From the sequence record MW021758.1: a stretch of 64,000 bases of DNA; one strand, 5' to 3'. The notes beneath the pieces were generated by a model. It saw only the letters and a list, made by a program, of their open reading frames with translations. It did no database searches and was not told the origin of the DNA. Numbering within the stretch: the first letter of the stretch is position 1; the number at the start of each line of letters is the position of its first letter. Positions 1 to 8,403 of this stretch are shown piece after piece. The position numbers and the translations under genes are program-made.

Positions 1-60
1 ATCGATTATTCTGGCTACAGGACTAATTTCAATTTTCACTGAGCGTTTATTAATAGACAT
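1..60 (-). CDS. 5' end of a hypothetical protein running off the window (MSINKRSVKIEISPVARIID...)
   Basis: ATG at 60 with GGAG upstream; frame open to the window edge. Confidence 0.45.
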   Translation of the reverse strand, partial: MSINKRSVKIEISPVARIID

Positions 61-97
61 GAGTAACTCCTTGGTTAACTGTTGAGATGATAAATAA

Positions 98-124
98 ATG
101 CCCGTAGGATTCACCTACGGGCAT
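98..124 (-). terminator. Intrinsic terminator hairpin
   Basis: ATGCCCGTAGG/CCTACGGGCAT stem followed by a U-rich tract on the minus strand, just after the stop at 134. Confidence 0.7.
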
Positions 125-133
125 ATGACAGGT

Positions 134-1288
134 TTAAAGCACAGCTTCGATGCGGACTTCAAGTCCAGGGACTAATTCTACCCAGCGCCCCAGGTTGGTG
201 ATATGGAACGCATGATAGAGGATAGGCGGAGAAATGTCTTCGCCCAGGTTACGTTTGATCTGGCGAGCTACGCGGTCGATGACCCAGCTAAACCCCCCTT
301 GTTTACCGTAGACCATATCGTAGGTCAAAACGAAGTTGGTCTTCTTACCATTGGCCTCGGCGGAGCCACGATAGACGATGACCTTACTCATGTCTTCTCC
401 GCGTTTACATAGTGCCTGAAGTTCCTCGTGCCGAGCCGATAACTTTTTGAATACCTCTTCCACCGAATGTTTACCAACCCGACGTGGGGACACGAGATAT
501 TGCAGCGTACTACTGGCCCAGTCGGTGATTGGCGAAACAGCGGCCGAGCATACCTTCAATTGTAATTCAGGGTTAGCTAATTCCCGAAGTTCCCAACGAC
601 CACCGTTCTGAGCTTTGCGGCGATGTAACTCAGAAACCGTACCGATCGCCTCAAGTAATTCCGGAGGCAAATCGATAGTGTCCTTCTTAATAGCCTGCGG
701 ACTGTCACTGACCGCACCGACTTCCACAGGCGTGAAGATCTGAACGATTTTCTCAGCAGGTTGTCCGACCGGAGTAACTTTTAGAGTGTAGTCACTCCCC
801 ATGAGGGCTAACTCATTATCCCCAGAACGTAGTTTGCTCCAGTCTTCGTACTTAAGTGAGCTCAAAAACGCCCTGGCCGTCAAAGACAGTCTACGAAGTA
901 AGTTAACTTTAAACAGCGAGAACATATCGTGGATCTCACCACGATAGCAGATCGTGCGGATCAATCGAGTTGATAGATTCCCAGGAGCTCGGAGAGAAAC
1001 ACTAACACGCTGTAGTTCCAGATCGGTAGGTTTGGATACGCAGGCGGAAATGTTCAGTGAAGTACCGAGTCCAATTACACCGATAAAGCCATCGCGAATA
1101 CGCCACTTGACGCTTTCCATGTAGTTATCGGTTAATTGTTTAAATTCGTCACCGGAGAATACTTCTTTGTTTTCCACAATGGCATCTGACACAGCGTTAA
1201 GGTCATCGACGTCAAAAATACGAGTCAGGCGATGCTGACCATTAACTACGATTTCTACTTTAACCATCTTTTCTTTTTTCACTTTCAA
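134..1288 (-). CDS. Hypothetical protein (~380 aa)
   Basis: Long ORF in an operon ending at a terminator; start is TTG 1288 or ATG 1267; no recognisable motif. Confidence 0.75.
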   Translation of the reverse strand: MKVKKEKMVKVEIVVNGQHRLTRIFDVDDLNAVSDAIVENKEVFSGDEFKQLTDNYMESVKWRIRDGFIGVIGLGTSLNISACVSKPTDLELQRVSVSLRAPGNLSTRLIRTICYRGEIHDMFSLFKVNLLRRLSLTARAFLSSLKYEDWSKLRSGDNELALMGSDYTLKVTPVGQPAEKIVQIFTPVEVGAVSDSPQAIKKDTIDLPPELLEAIGTVSELHRRKAQNGGRWELRELANPELQLKVCSAAVSPITDWASSTLQYLVSPRRVGKHSVEEVFKKLSARHEELQALCKRGEDMSKVIVYRGSAEANGKKTNFVLTYDMVYGKQGGFSWVIDRVARQIKRNLGEDISPPILYHAFHITNLGRWVELVPGLEVRIEAVL

Positions 1289-1300
1289 TGCTCCAGGTAA

Positions 1301-1873
1301 TTATTCGATAAAGAGAACGATGCCACACGGGTGTTCGATAGTTGACCCGCGCTCACCATCGTTTGCAAAGTAGCTCAGGATTTCCGTAATGGAATCTTTA
1401 GCTAGACCTGACTCGATTAGCTCCAGATCTTCAGGGAAATTAGTTTCCTTGATTTTAGTAGCCAAGCGACGATGGACTTTTGTTACCGCCTCTTCCAGGC
1501 TATCTCCTTCCATGAGGATGAACGGGCTCTTCTGACCTTTGTACGTAATGTACCCACGACACGCTCCCAGAGAACGTATAACCGGTTTTAATTCTACCGG
1601 AGTATCATCGATAGGGATAACGTACAGCGACAGGTTATAAGCCGCTGAGAGCATCGCGTAATTGTACTGCTCGGTTTCCTGATAATACTTACCCAGGTAT
1701 TCCGGTAATTGTGATGTTAACCCTTCCACGATGACTTTACTTGCCACGCGGCTGAGTTGTTTACGGATTTCTTTGGAGACTTTGCGAACGAACTCTTCTT
1801 TCGTAGTCTCTCCCGGTAACTTAACACGGATAACGTTTTCTTTAACCGTTAAAATGTATTCTTTGTTTTTCAC
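1301..1873 (-). CDS. Hypothetical protein
   Basis: 190-aa ORF, GTG start with GGAG, close operon spacing. Confidence 0.7.
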   Translation of the reverse strand: MKNKEYILTVKENVIRVKLPGETTKEEFVRKVSKEIRKQLSRVASKVIVEGLTSQLPEYLGKYYQETEQYNYAMLSAAYNLSLYVIPIDDTPVELKPVIRSLGACRGYITYKGQKSPFILMEGDSLEEAVTKVHRRLATKIKETNFPEDLELIESGLAKDSITEILSYFANDGERGSTIEHPCGIVLFIE

Positions 1874-1884
1874 AACAGGCTCCT

Positions 1885-2145
1885 TTAAACTTTCCGGAAC
1901 AAGACTTCCGTTTCATCCAGTGTATCCATTTTAGACGAGCCGTTGAGATAAAGGTTTTCCAACGCCTCTTGGATGTCGTCTGGCTCAGGGCAGAGCATTA
2001 CGCTACACTCTTCGATCCATTCGGCAATCTCATCAGCAACGCACATGAGAGAGCGCTCTTCGCCGCAGTAGTAAGAAAACTCTTTCTCACTAACATCGCA
2101 GTATTCAGATTTCAGTGTAACACTAACGATACTTTCTCTGGACAT
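1885..2145 (-). CDS. Small acidic hypothetical protein
   Basis: 86-aa ORF whose start overlaps the upstream stop codon. Confidence 0.6.
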   Translation of the reverse strand: MSRESIVSVTLKSEYCDVSEKEFSYYCGEERSLMCVADEIAEWIEECSVMLCPEPDDIQEALENLYLNGSSKMDTLDETEVLFRKV

Positions 2146-2708
2146 TACTTAGCTCCTTGGTAGCTTTTAGACACGTTGGCAATAACTTCTTTACCATTGA
2201 TAACAAAGCGTTCTACTACTAGCTGCTTCTTGAGATTTTCTGCGGTCCTTACCCGGTGAGTTATGGTGACCGCGTGTTCCATTAAACCCAGATCGACCGA
2301 AGTCATCGATTTAGCCAACCAAGCACGTACAGCCCAGCTAGTTTTAAAGTCACCAGTGGCATCTAATGCGAAATCCCATTTAAAGATTAACCGGTTATCT
2401 ACGAACAACTTAAAGTCAGCCGTATTCCAAACAGCGATATTCTGACTGTATGAAACTGTGAGATAAAAAGGGACTACAATGATATCCTCATCTGTGCGTA
2501 GTTCACCGCTAACGATACCGCGTACCACTTTAGCGATAGCTTCCAGATGATCCAGGCAGAAACTCCCACCTGCTTCGTTAATGAACGCATGGAGTAATCC
2601 ACGAGATAAGGTATCGTTATCTTCGTAGCTAATGATCGTAGTATTCTTAGCACTACCCCAACCAATTGTAATTGATAAGTGTTTCAATTTACTTCTCCTG
2701 TTATCCAA
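2145..2708 (-). CDS. Hypothetical protein, first gene of a putative early operon
   Basis: 187-aa ORF; TTG at 2687 after AGGAG may be the true start. Confidence 0.7.
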   Translation of the reverse strand: MDNRRSKLKHLSITIGWGSAKNTTIISYEDNDTLSRGLLHAFINEAGGSFCLDHLEAIAKVVRGIVSGELRTDEDIIVVPFYLTVSYSQNIAVWNTADFKLFVDNRLIFKWDFALDATGDFKTSWAVRAWLAKSMTSVDLGLMEHAVTITHRVRTAENLKKQLVVERFVINGKEVIANVSKSYQGAK

Positions 2709-2727
2709 GTAGTAATCTATTCAATCT

Positions 2728-2739
2728 GGTAATATATAC
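2728..2739 (-). promoter_or_regulatory. Putative early promoter core (GTATATATTACC)
   Basis: Identical 12-mer at 12726-12737 and 17914-17925, each just upstream of a minus-strand gene; resembles the TATTAC early-promoter motif of phiKZ (recalled). Confidence 0.6.
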
Positions 2740-2855
2740 CTAAGATCCAATGGAGGTATATTGGTAATTTTACAAAATAGATCAATACTCACCAGTAGAA
2801 CTTAATCTACCAGTGAATATCAATTTAGTTTAAATGGGGTTAATTATCCACGCGT

Positions 2856-2978
2856 TTAGGGAGTTCACTTCGTCTTCCCTTTGGTCATCCTAGTTCACTC
2901 TAAAACCCCTAATAGTCACAGACCCTCCGGGCCGTGACCAAGTTCTGACACATAATTGAAACGTACGTAAAAAATGAG
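2856..2978 (-). repeat. Copy A of a duplicated structured intergenic element (candidate sRNA)
   Basis: Shares TCATTTTTTACGT, GGTCACGG..GGA..CTGTGACTATTAGGGG and GACGAA..GAAxTCCCTAA (minus strand) with 43385-43514. Confidence 0.7.
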
Positions 2979-3006
2979 AGCTAAGTAAAATGGCTAGTTG
3001 AAACAC

Positions 3007-3456
3007 TCATTTACAGATAGTACTGAATGGGTCAGTTATAACTAGTTTACCTGATTTAGATAGCATAATGTTACTTGGGGAAAGGTCTAGGTCGTTTACT
3101 TTCATTCCAGACTTATTAACTAATCTAAACAAGAGGATTGCTTTATTTACACATTGAGATAGCTCTACATCAGCTATTTGAAACGGTAGCTTATGGAAAT
3201 CGTTTATAAACGACCAATTACCCTTAAGTATTTCCATCCTATCTTTAGGGACAGGGTAACATTTCTCTAACATGTAAGAACCGATCCCGTTAGTAATAGA
3301 GTGTCCGAGTATCTTAACCACGTCGTATTTATCCCTATCCTCTGAACCGATCGATAACAATGCCATGAACCCGTCATCAGTAGTTTTACTTATTCTAGTC
3401 ACTGTCCCGTCGTGGTTATCATAAACGATCGCATTGATACCTTCGCCTAATTTCAT
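3007..3456 (-). CDS. Protein kinase-like protein resembling the T7 gp0.7 kinase domain
   Basis: LGEGINAIVY Gly-loop, DLSPSNIML catalytic loop, LVITDP; start moved to ATG 3456 after GAGGGT. Confidence 0.7.
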   Translation of the reverse strand: MKLGEGINAIVYDNHDGTVTRISKTTDDGFMALLSIGSEDRDKYDVVKILGHSITNGIGSYMLEKCYPVPKDRMEILKGNWSFINDFHKLPFQIADVELSQCVNKAILLFRLVNKSGMKVNDLDLSPSNIMLSKSGKLVITDPFSTICK

Positions 3457-3463
3457 AATACCC

Positions 3464-4021
3464 TCACTGAATGTAGAATGCCGATTCTTTACCAGCATTA
3501 CCAGGATAAACATCTACCCCAAACGAGATAAGTTGATAGTACAAACTCAAGTGATCGAGGTCGTTTAGTTCATTAGGGTTAACTCGAGTGTCGCTAACGT
3601 ACTGACAGTCAGTTACAACCTTAATCGGAAGGTTAATTCCCCACATCAGCCCTACTTGATGAATTGTCCATTCCAGGTAAACTTTCTTGCTCAGACTTTC
3701 TTCATGAAGGTAGACGTAGAACGACCCCTTCTGAAAACCTCGCTTACAGGTCAGGACGGCGACATCGCACTTTAGGAAACCCAACGTATGGGCATGGCGG
3801 AATAAATGCGCCATTTCCTCTACAGTGGACTCACTGGCAATGCTTTTGATAATATTGTTAACACCAGCATTAAGCGACTGATTCAAGAAAGTCACTACTT
3901 CGTACTGAGTCGTATTCAGTGAGTTGAGGTTAGTTTGCGCACCCTCCTCACGAAAGCCTACATTGCGGAACAACTTACCCGCAGTACGACGAAGATTACT
4001 AAAGACCATACGAGTTTCCAT
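3464..4021 (-). CDS. Hypothetical protein
   Basis: 185-aa ORF with GAGG RBS. Confidence 0.65.
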   Translation of the reverse strand: METRMVFSNLRRTAGKLFRNVGFREEGAQTNLNSLNTTQYEVVTFLNQSLNAGVNNIIKSIASESTVEEMAHLFRHAHTLGFLKCDVAVLTCKRGFQKGSFYVYLHEESLSKKVYLEWTIHQVGLMWGINLPIKVVTDCQYVSDTRVNPNELNDLDHLSLYYQLISFGVDVYPGNAGKESAFYIQ

Positions 4022-4087
4022 TACACTTCCTCTAATAAACGTTATAGGCCCTCAGAGAGCGTAAGTAGCTCTCTGAGGGTTTTATTA

Positions 4088-4669
4088 TTACAGTTTGATT
4101 GGTGATGTCTTTTTGGTTTTGAATGCTTCCATGGAGCGCTCATCGCTCACCAGGGCGCAGACATCGTCCAGGTTAACTTTCGGATAACCGGCAAACTTCA
4201 AGAAAGTCCCTTTCCAGAAGTAACCCAGGGAAGTCCGGTAGTTACGGCAGGTTTCAATCTTACGAGTTTGAGAGATACGGAACTCTTCACGGCCAGACTT
4301 GATAGTCGCCTGAATGTTCTCGTACATCTTGCTGTCGAAGTTAACTGCGTGCTCCTGGATAAAGGAGATAGCAGACTTATTACCGGTATCGCCATAACGA
4401 GCTTCCAGAGCCGTTTTAAGGACGTCTTTCAAGTTGTCCTTGTACTTCTCTGGAATTTGTGCTTGCTCCAGCACAGAGTTCGTGTAGGAGCTCAGACGGT
4501 TCTCTGATTCAGTATTCAGATACTTGATTTGTTCTTCGCTCTTATTACCTTCATTGTAAGCGGATACGTATGCGACTGTAACCCCTACAATCACAGCGCC
4601 GGAAAGTAACATCGCTACTACTAAAGCTTTAGCGAAAGAGAAAGCGGTTTTATCTGCAGAAACGCCCAT
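4088..4669 (-). CDS. LemA-like membrane-anchored helical protein
   Basis: One N-terminal TM segment, helical body, C-terminal YRTSLGYFWKGTFLKFAGYP resembling LemA. Confidence 0.6.
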   Translation of the reverse strand: MGVSADKTAFSFAKALVVAMLLSGAVIVGVTVAYVSAYNEGNKSEEQIKYLNTESENRLSSYTNSVLEQAQIPEKYKDNLKDVLKTALEARYGDTGNKSAISFIQEHAVNFDSKMYENIQATIKSGREEFRISQTRKIETCRNYRTSLGYFWKGTFLKFAGYPKVNLDDVCALVSDERSMEAFKTKKTSPIKL

Positions 4670-4686
4670 GGTATTTTATTCCTTAA

Positions 4687-5745
4687 TTAAAAGACTCTGT
4701 TGTCTTTGAAGTATATAGCCACGCCACCAGTGACGAGCATGTTGATGAAAATGATTAGAACAATCCACCAAATAGGCGGTGAGTAATTACTGGCCATATA
4801 CGCGAACTCGGCGTTCGGTTTACGGACATACTCGGTAACGATATGTTCAAACTGATGATGTACAAGATCGTAACCCAAACGATTGTTCCGCGCCATCCCT
4901 TCCAGATCAGTAATCAATCTACGATTACCTTCCCCGTCAGCGAATGTCTCTGCTTCGAACCATTTGATCTCATTATTATCCCCGATACCGTAAACTAATA
5001 CAACATCGTTTTTCCGAACCCCTTTCCAGTGGCTACGAAGTGCCTTCCAGTAATCAGGATCGTTTTCTGTAATAACCAGGATAACATTCAATTGTTTCTT
5101 CGCACCGTATTCAATCAGCATTCGATTGAGGTAGTTGTTCAAATAACCGAACGAGAACGGGGTGGTATTTACGATACGATTATAGCGATAGTAATCCTCA
5201 GTCTTAGGATAATCAGGTAACTTACCCTTGTACTTAAGTTCACTCGCTTCCTCAGCCTTATAACGCTCATCATCGATTAACGTATAGTTGGTGACCGATT
5301 CTACTTTGGCAGCAGGCTCGCCAATCTTAGCCGCTAACCAACGAGGCGGTGTGCGAGCTCCCTGATCATCCAGTCGCTTTATTTCAAACTTACCGACGGT
5401 AGTGTAAACGTTGTAATCCCAGTCGTTATCGTGCTCATCGCAATAGACTGGAGTACAGCTTCGATTTTTACCGGTACCTGAGCATATTTCGTCGCACTGG
5501 TACTGATGTTCGCATGAAACTTCTACCCGCTTCTTATCAGTAACTACGCCGTTTAGGATATTGAAATCAGATGTCTTGTATAACTGACCGGCAGACAATG
5601 CTGCAGTCGCTATAGCAGTCGAGACAACAAGACATCCCAGCTGAACCATGAACTCCTTCCTGGTAATTTGACGAGGAAAGAAATACTTAGATCCCAGAAT
5701 AATTAATAAACCAGGAAAGAAGATAAGGACTGAGTAATAACCCAT
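4687..5745 (-). CDS. Membrane protein with Cys-rich hairpin and possible TPM-like domain
   Basis: Two N-terminal and one C-terminal TM segments; CEHQYQC..CTPVYC; W-K-G-x-x-K-N-D-VVLV motif; next to the LemA-like gene. Confidence 0.6.
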   Translation of the reverse strand: MGYYSVLIFFPGLLIILGSKYFFPRQITRKEFMVQLGCLVVSTAIATAALSAGQLYKTSDFNILNGVVTDKKRVEVSCEHQYQCDEICSGTGKNRSCTPVYCDEHDNDWDYNVYTTVGKFEIKRLDDQGARTPPRWLAAKIGEPAAKVESVTNYTLIDDERYKAEEASELKYKGKLPDYPKTEDYYRYNRIVNTTPFSFGYLNNYLNRMLIEYGAKKQLNVILVITENDPDYWKALRSHWKGVRKNDVVLVYGIGDNNEIKWFEAETFADGEGNRRLITDLEGMARNNRLGYDLVHHQFEHIVTEYVRKPNAEFAYMASNYSPPIWWIVLIIFINMLVTGGVAIYFKDNRVF

Positions 5746-5806
5746 GATTAGACGCCCTATAAGCGATTGTGAATAGAGTAGGGCGTTTGCCCTACTCGTT
5801 TGTTGT

Positions 5807-6262
5807 TTAAGAACGATAATCGTGCAGATCGATTTCTACGAGCGTATCTTCCATAGCCTTGTGAATGACATCGAAGACCTCACTACGTTTCAATCCACCA
5901 TGACCGCAGCCGGGATAGGGTATAGCCAGCTCGTCGATGTTAAACTCCTCACATCGTGCCGCTAGCGCCGAGAATATACGAGCCACCCACTCCATTTCAG
6001 ATTTATCTTTCCAGTGTTTCTTGGTCGCCATCAGGAGGATCTTTTTACCAGACCCGTCGTTAGTTGGCATCAACAAGAGACTACCAGGGAAAAACTTACC
6101 TTTACGACATAGGGCATTGTACCTGGCATATTGCTCAGGATAGCGCTCCTTCCATTCTTTAGCATTACCAGCCCCGGCAACACCGACGCAGTTAACTGTA
6201 ACTCCGATGATCTCCCGATCACTTTCAAATACGTTGGACTTCAACACCCTTACGATTGCCAT
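5807..6262 (-). CDS. Macrodomain protein, DarG-like ADP-ribosylglycohydrolase
   Basis: [20 protein letters not shown] and [12 protein letters not shown] match DarG macrodomain motifs (VNTVGVMGKGIA, PTKxHW, AIPPLGAGNGGL). Confidence 0.8.
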   Translation of the reverse strand: MAIVRVLKSNVFESDREIIGVTVNCVGVAGAGNAKEWKERYPEQYARYNALCRKGKFFPGSLLLMPTNDGSGKKILLMATKKHWKDKSEMEWVARIFSALAARCEEFNIDELAIPYPGCGHGGLKRSEVFDVIHKAMEDTLVEIDLHDYRS

Positions 6263-6716
6263 TATTATCCCCCGAGCCTAAAGTCCATTGAAGACTTTCA
6301 TCGCTAACTAATCTTCGTTCATACGCCTGGAAGTTATCTAACGTAACGATTTCTTTATCGACGCATTTACGATAGAAGATAACGCTTCTGCTATCCCAAG
6401 GAAAACAGAATACACGACGACCTTCTGCCGCTTTGATTAACTGCCGGACTAATTCGTAACCGATACCCATGCCGCGTAACCAGGTCTTTACGTAAAGCAT
6501 AAGACTGTACGCAGCCTCTGGCTTCTTCCTGGTAATACAACCGAGCGCACAACATTTACCATTAGCGTAAACTAAGACGCCTTTGAAACTATAATCAGGT
6601 TCATCGGCAGCACTTCTGATAGTACGCATCATAATCCCACGAGGGAGATGTAGACTGTTTTCCGAAGCCAGAATAAAGAATTGGTTAGCATCATTACATT
6701 CAACATAATCGAACAT
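6225..6716 (-). CDS. GNAT-family acetyltransferase
   Basis: [17 protein letters not shown] acetyl-CoA binding motif A; AGGAG RBS. Confidence 0.7.
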   Translation of the reverse strand: MFDYVECNDANQFFILASENSLHLPRGIMMRTIRSAADEPDYSFKGVLVYANGKCCALGCITRKKPEAAYSLMLYVKTWLRGMGIGYELVRQLIKAAEGRRVFCFPWDSRSVIFYRKCVDKEIVTLDNFQAYERRLVSDESLQWTLGSGDNNGNRKGVEVQRI

Positions 6717-6768
6717 CGTATTTCTCCTAAAACAAAATAGATCGGAGGGTTTCCCCTCCGCCTATGAT

Positions 6769-8286
6769 TCAAATGACGCCAGGTAAGTGTTCTGTCCTAA
6801 CCTTCGTTACACGATTGCTGAACAGCCGTTCCTTACTCTTGGCATAGTCGATCTGTTTCTGAATATCCATACAGACAAAGTAATGGAAGATCTGAGGGAA
6901 CTTCTTGTCACCCTTCAGTTCACGTAAACGACCCAACGCCTGAACGTTAGCATTCGGTGAATCGATAGCTACGGTCATGATAGCCTGAGTCAAGTCAGGA
7001 ATATCTACTGCAGTACCGGATTTACCGATTGTAGAAACGATGATGTCAGAATCCAGAAGAATCTGATAATCGTCCCCAGCCGTATAACTATTGATAATCA
7101 GGTCAGGTAGTCGTTGTTGTAACAAGTCCCTGATTTTCTGACAAAGCTCTATCGTAGCAGCAAAGATCAGTAGTTTGTGGCCGTCTAGTTTACTCAGAAC
7201 CCATTGATTCAAAGCGTACTTATAGATAGCTTCGATGTAGTTCTTTTCTCTTTCGGCATCTTTCATTATCCACGCTTCATAAGCCGTGTGGGAATAACTC
7301 CCTTGTCCGCCATTGAACCTAACCTTACTAGGGTCTTTGAGACGATACAGAACACGAACAGTCTCAACGTAGACATTCAACTTACCGCCTTCTTTCCGGA
7401 ACTTACGAGGGAGTAAAATCTCGTACATTCGCTTCATGAAGTCCTGATTAGAGAACAACGTAGCGGTCAGATAAATAGTCCTAGGAACATGGCTAAAGAG
7501 ATCAGCTATAAAGTTTGCATGGAAGTCTTTGTGAGCTTCGTCAGTGATCCTTAGACCAACGCCCAGTACTTCCCAAATGTCACGGGGATCAATATCTTCG
7601 CAACCCGTACCTACCACCTTACCGTTTTTGTAATTCTTGAAGAAATCACGCAACGTTGCAGTGGAGAGGAAGATTGCTTTAACATCGGGAATCCCAGTCT
7701 CTTTAACTTCACGCAGAAGCTTATAGAGTTTAGTACAACCGCAACAAGACCGAACTTCGCTAGGCTCAAATCCTAAGAGACGATACATCTCAGGAACCCA
7801 TCGGTCTTCGTAGCCACCTAATGTAACGACGGCGAACCGTACACCCATCTGGGCGGCAACGTAAAGGGAGATCATCGTCTTACCGAACCCAGGCTGGGCG
7901 GTTACGACTTTCTGTTTCCCTTCTGCAAGACAGAAATCAATTACAGGTAATTGCTCTGGCCATGGCGTTGCATCTATTGACATCTCAAACTTAACAGGCT
8001 CGTACATCGGGACAACGTCAATCTCAAAAGAGTCTTCATTGAATCCCTCATACATCGCCTTTTGATAGAACTCTTCCCAGAGGTTATCATGGAAACAGAT
8101 TTCTTCTCTTTCCAAGTCACGACGAGCATAGATCCTTTTTTGCTCTTGGACAAAGCGTCCACGTTTCTTGGTTAGGTTACTCTCGATAAGCGTCTCTGCT
8201 ATAGACCTACGGAATCCGCGAGCCTTGGCAGTTATCGCCGCCACTGAGAAATAGTGACTGTATCGAGTGATCTTAAACTCTACCAT
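6769..8286 (-). CDS. Superfamily 2 (DExH) helicase, phiKZ gp75-like
   Basis: AQPGFGKT Walker A, ITDEAH, LTAT, QALGRLR; start moved to ATG 8286 after GAGGA. Confidence 0.9.
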   Translation of the reverse strand: MVEFKITRYSHYFSVAAITAKARGFRRSIAETLIESNLTKKRGRFVQEQKRIYARRDLEREEICFHDNLWEEFYQKAMYEGFNEDSFEIDVVPMYEPVKFEMSIDATPWPEQLPVIDFCLAEGKQKVVTAQPGFGKTMISLYVAAQMGVRFAVVTLGGYEDRWVPEMYRLLGFEPSEVRSCCGCTKLYKLLREVKETGIPDVKAIFLSTATLRDFFKNYKNGKVVGTGCEDIDPRDIWEVLGVGLRITDEAHKDFHANFIADLFSHVPRTIYLTATLFSNQDFMKRMYEILLPRKFRKEGGKLNVYVETVRVLYRLKDPSKVRFNGGQGSYSHTAYEAWIMKDAEREKNYIEAIYKYALNQWVLSKLDGHKLLIFAATIELCQKIRDLLQQRLPDLIINSYTAGDDYQILLDSDIIVSTIGKSGTAVDIPDLTQAIMTVAIDSPNANVQALGRLRELKGDKKFPQIFHYFVCMDIQKQIDYAKSKERLFSNRVTKVRTEHLPGVI

Positions 8287-8373
8287 AACAGTCCTCGTAG
8301 AAAATATCGCTCCATAACTAGAAGCGGATACGTGCTTTCTTACGCCCTCCCTCATGGTGAAAACAAAAAAAGA

Positions 8374-8394
8374 AAGGGAGCCGAAGCTCCCCTT
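8374..8394 (-). terminator. Intrinsic terminator after the RNAP subunit genes
   Basis: AAGGGGAGC-TTCG-GCTCCCTT hairpin followed by a U-tract on the minus strand. Confidence 0.7.
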
Positions 8395-8403
8395 ATGACG
8401 TTA

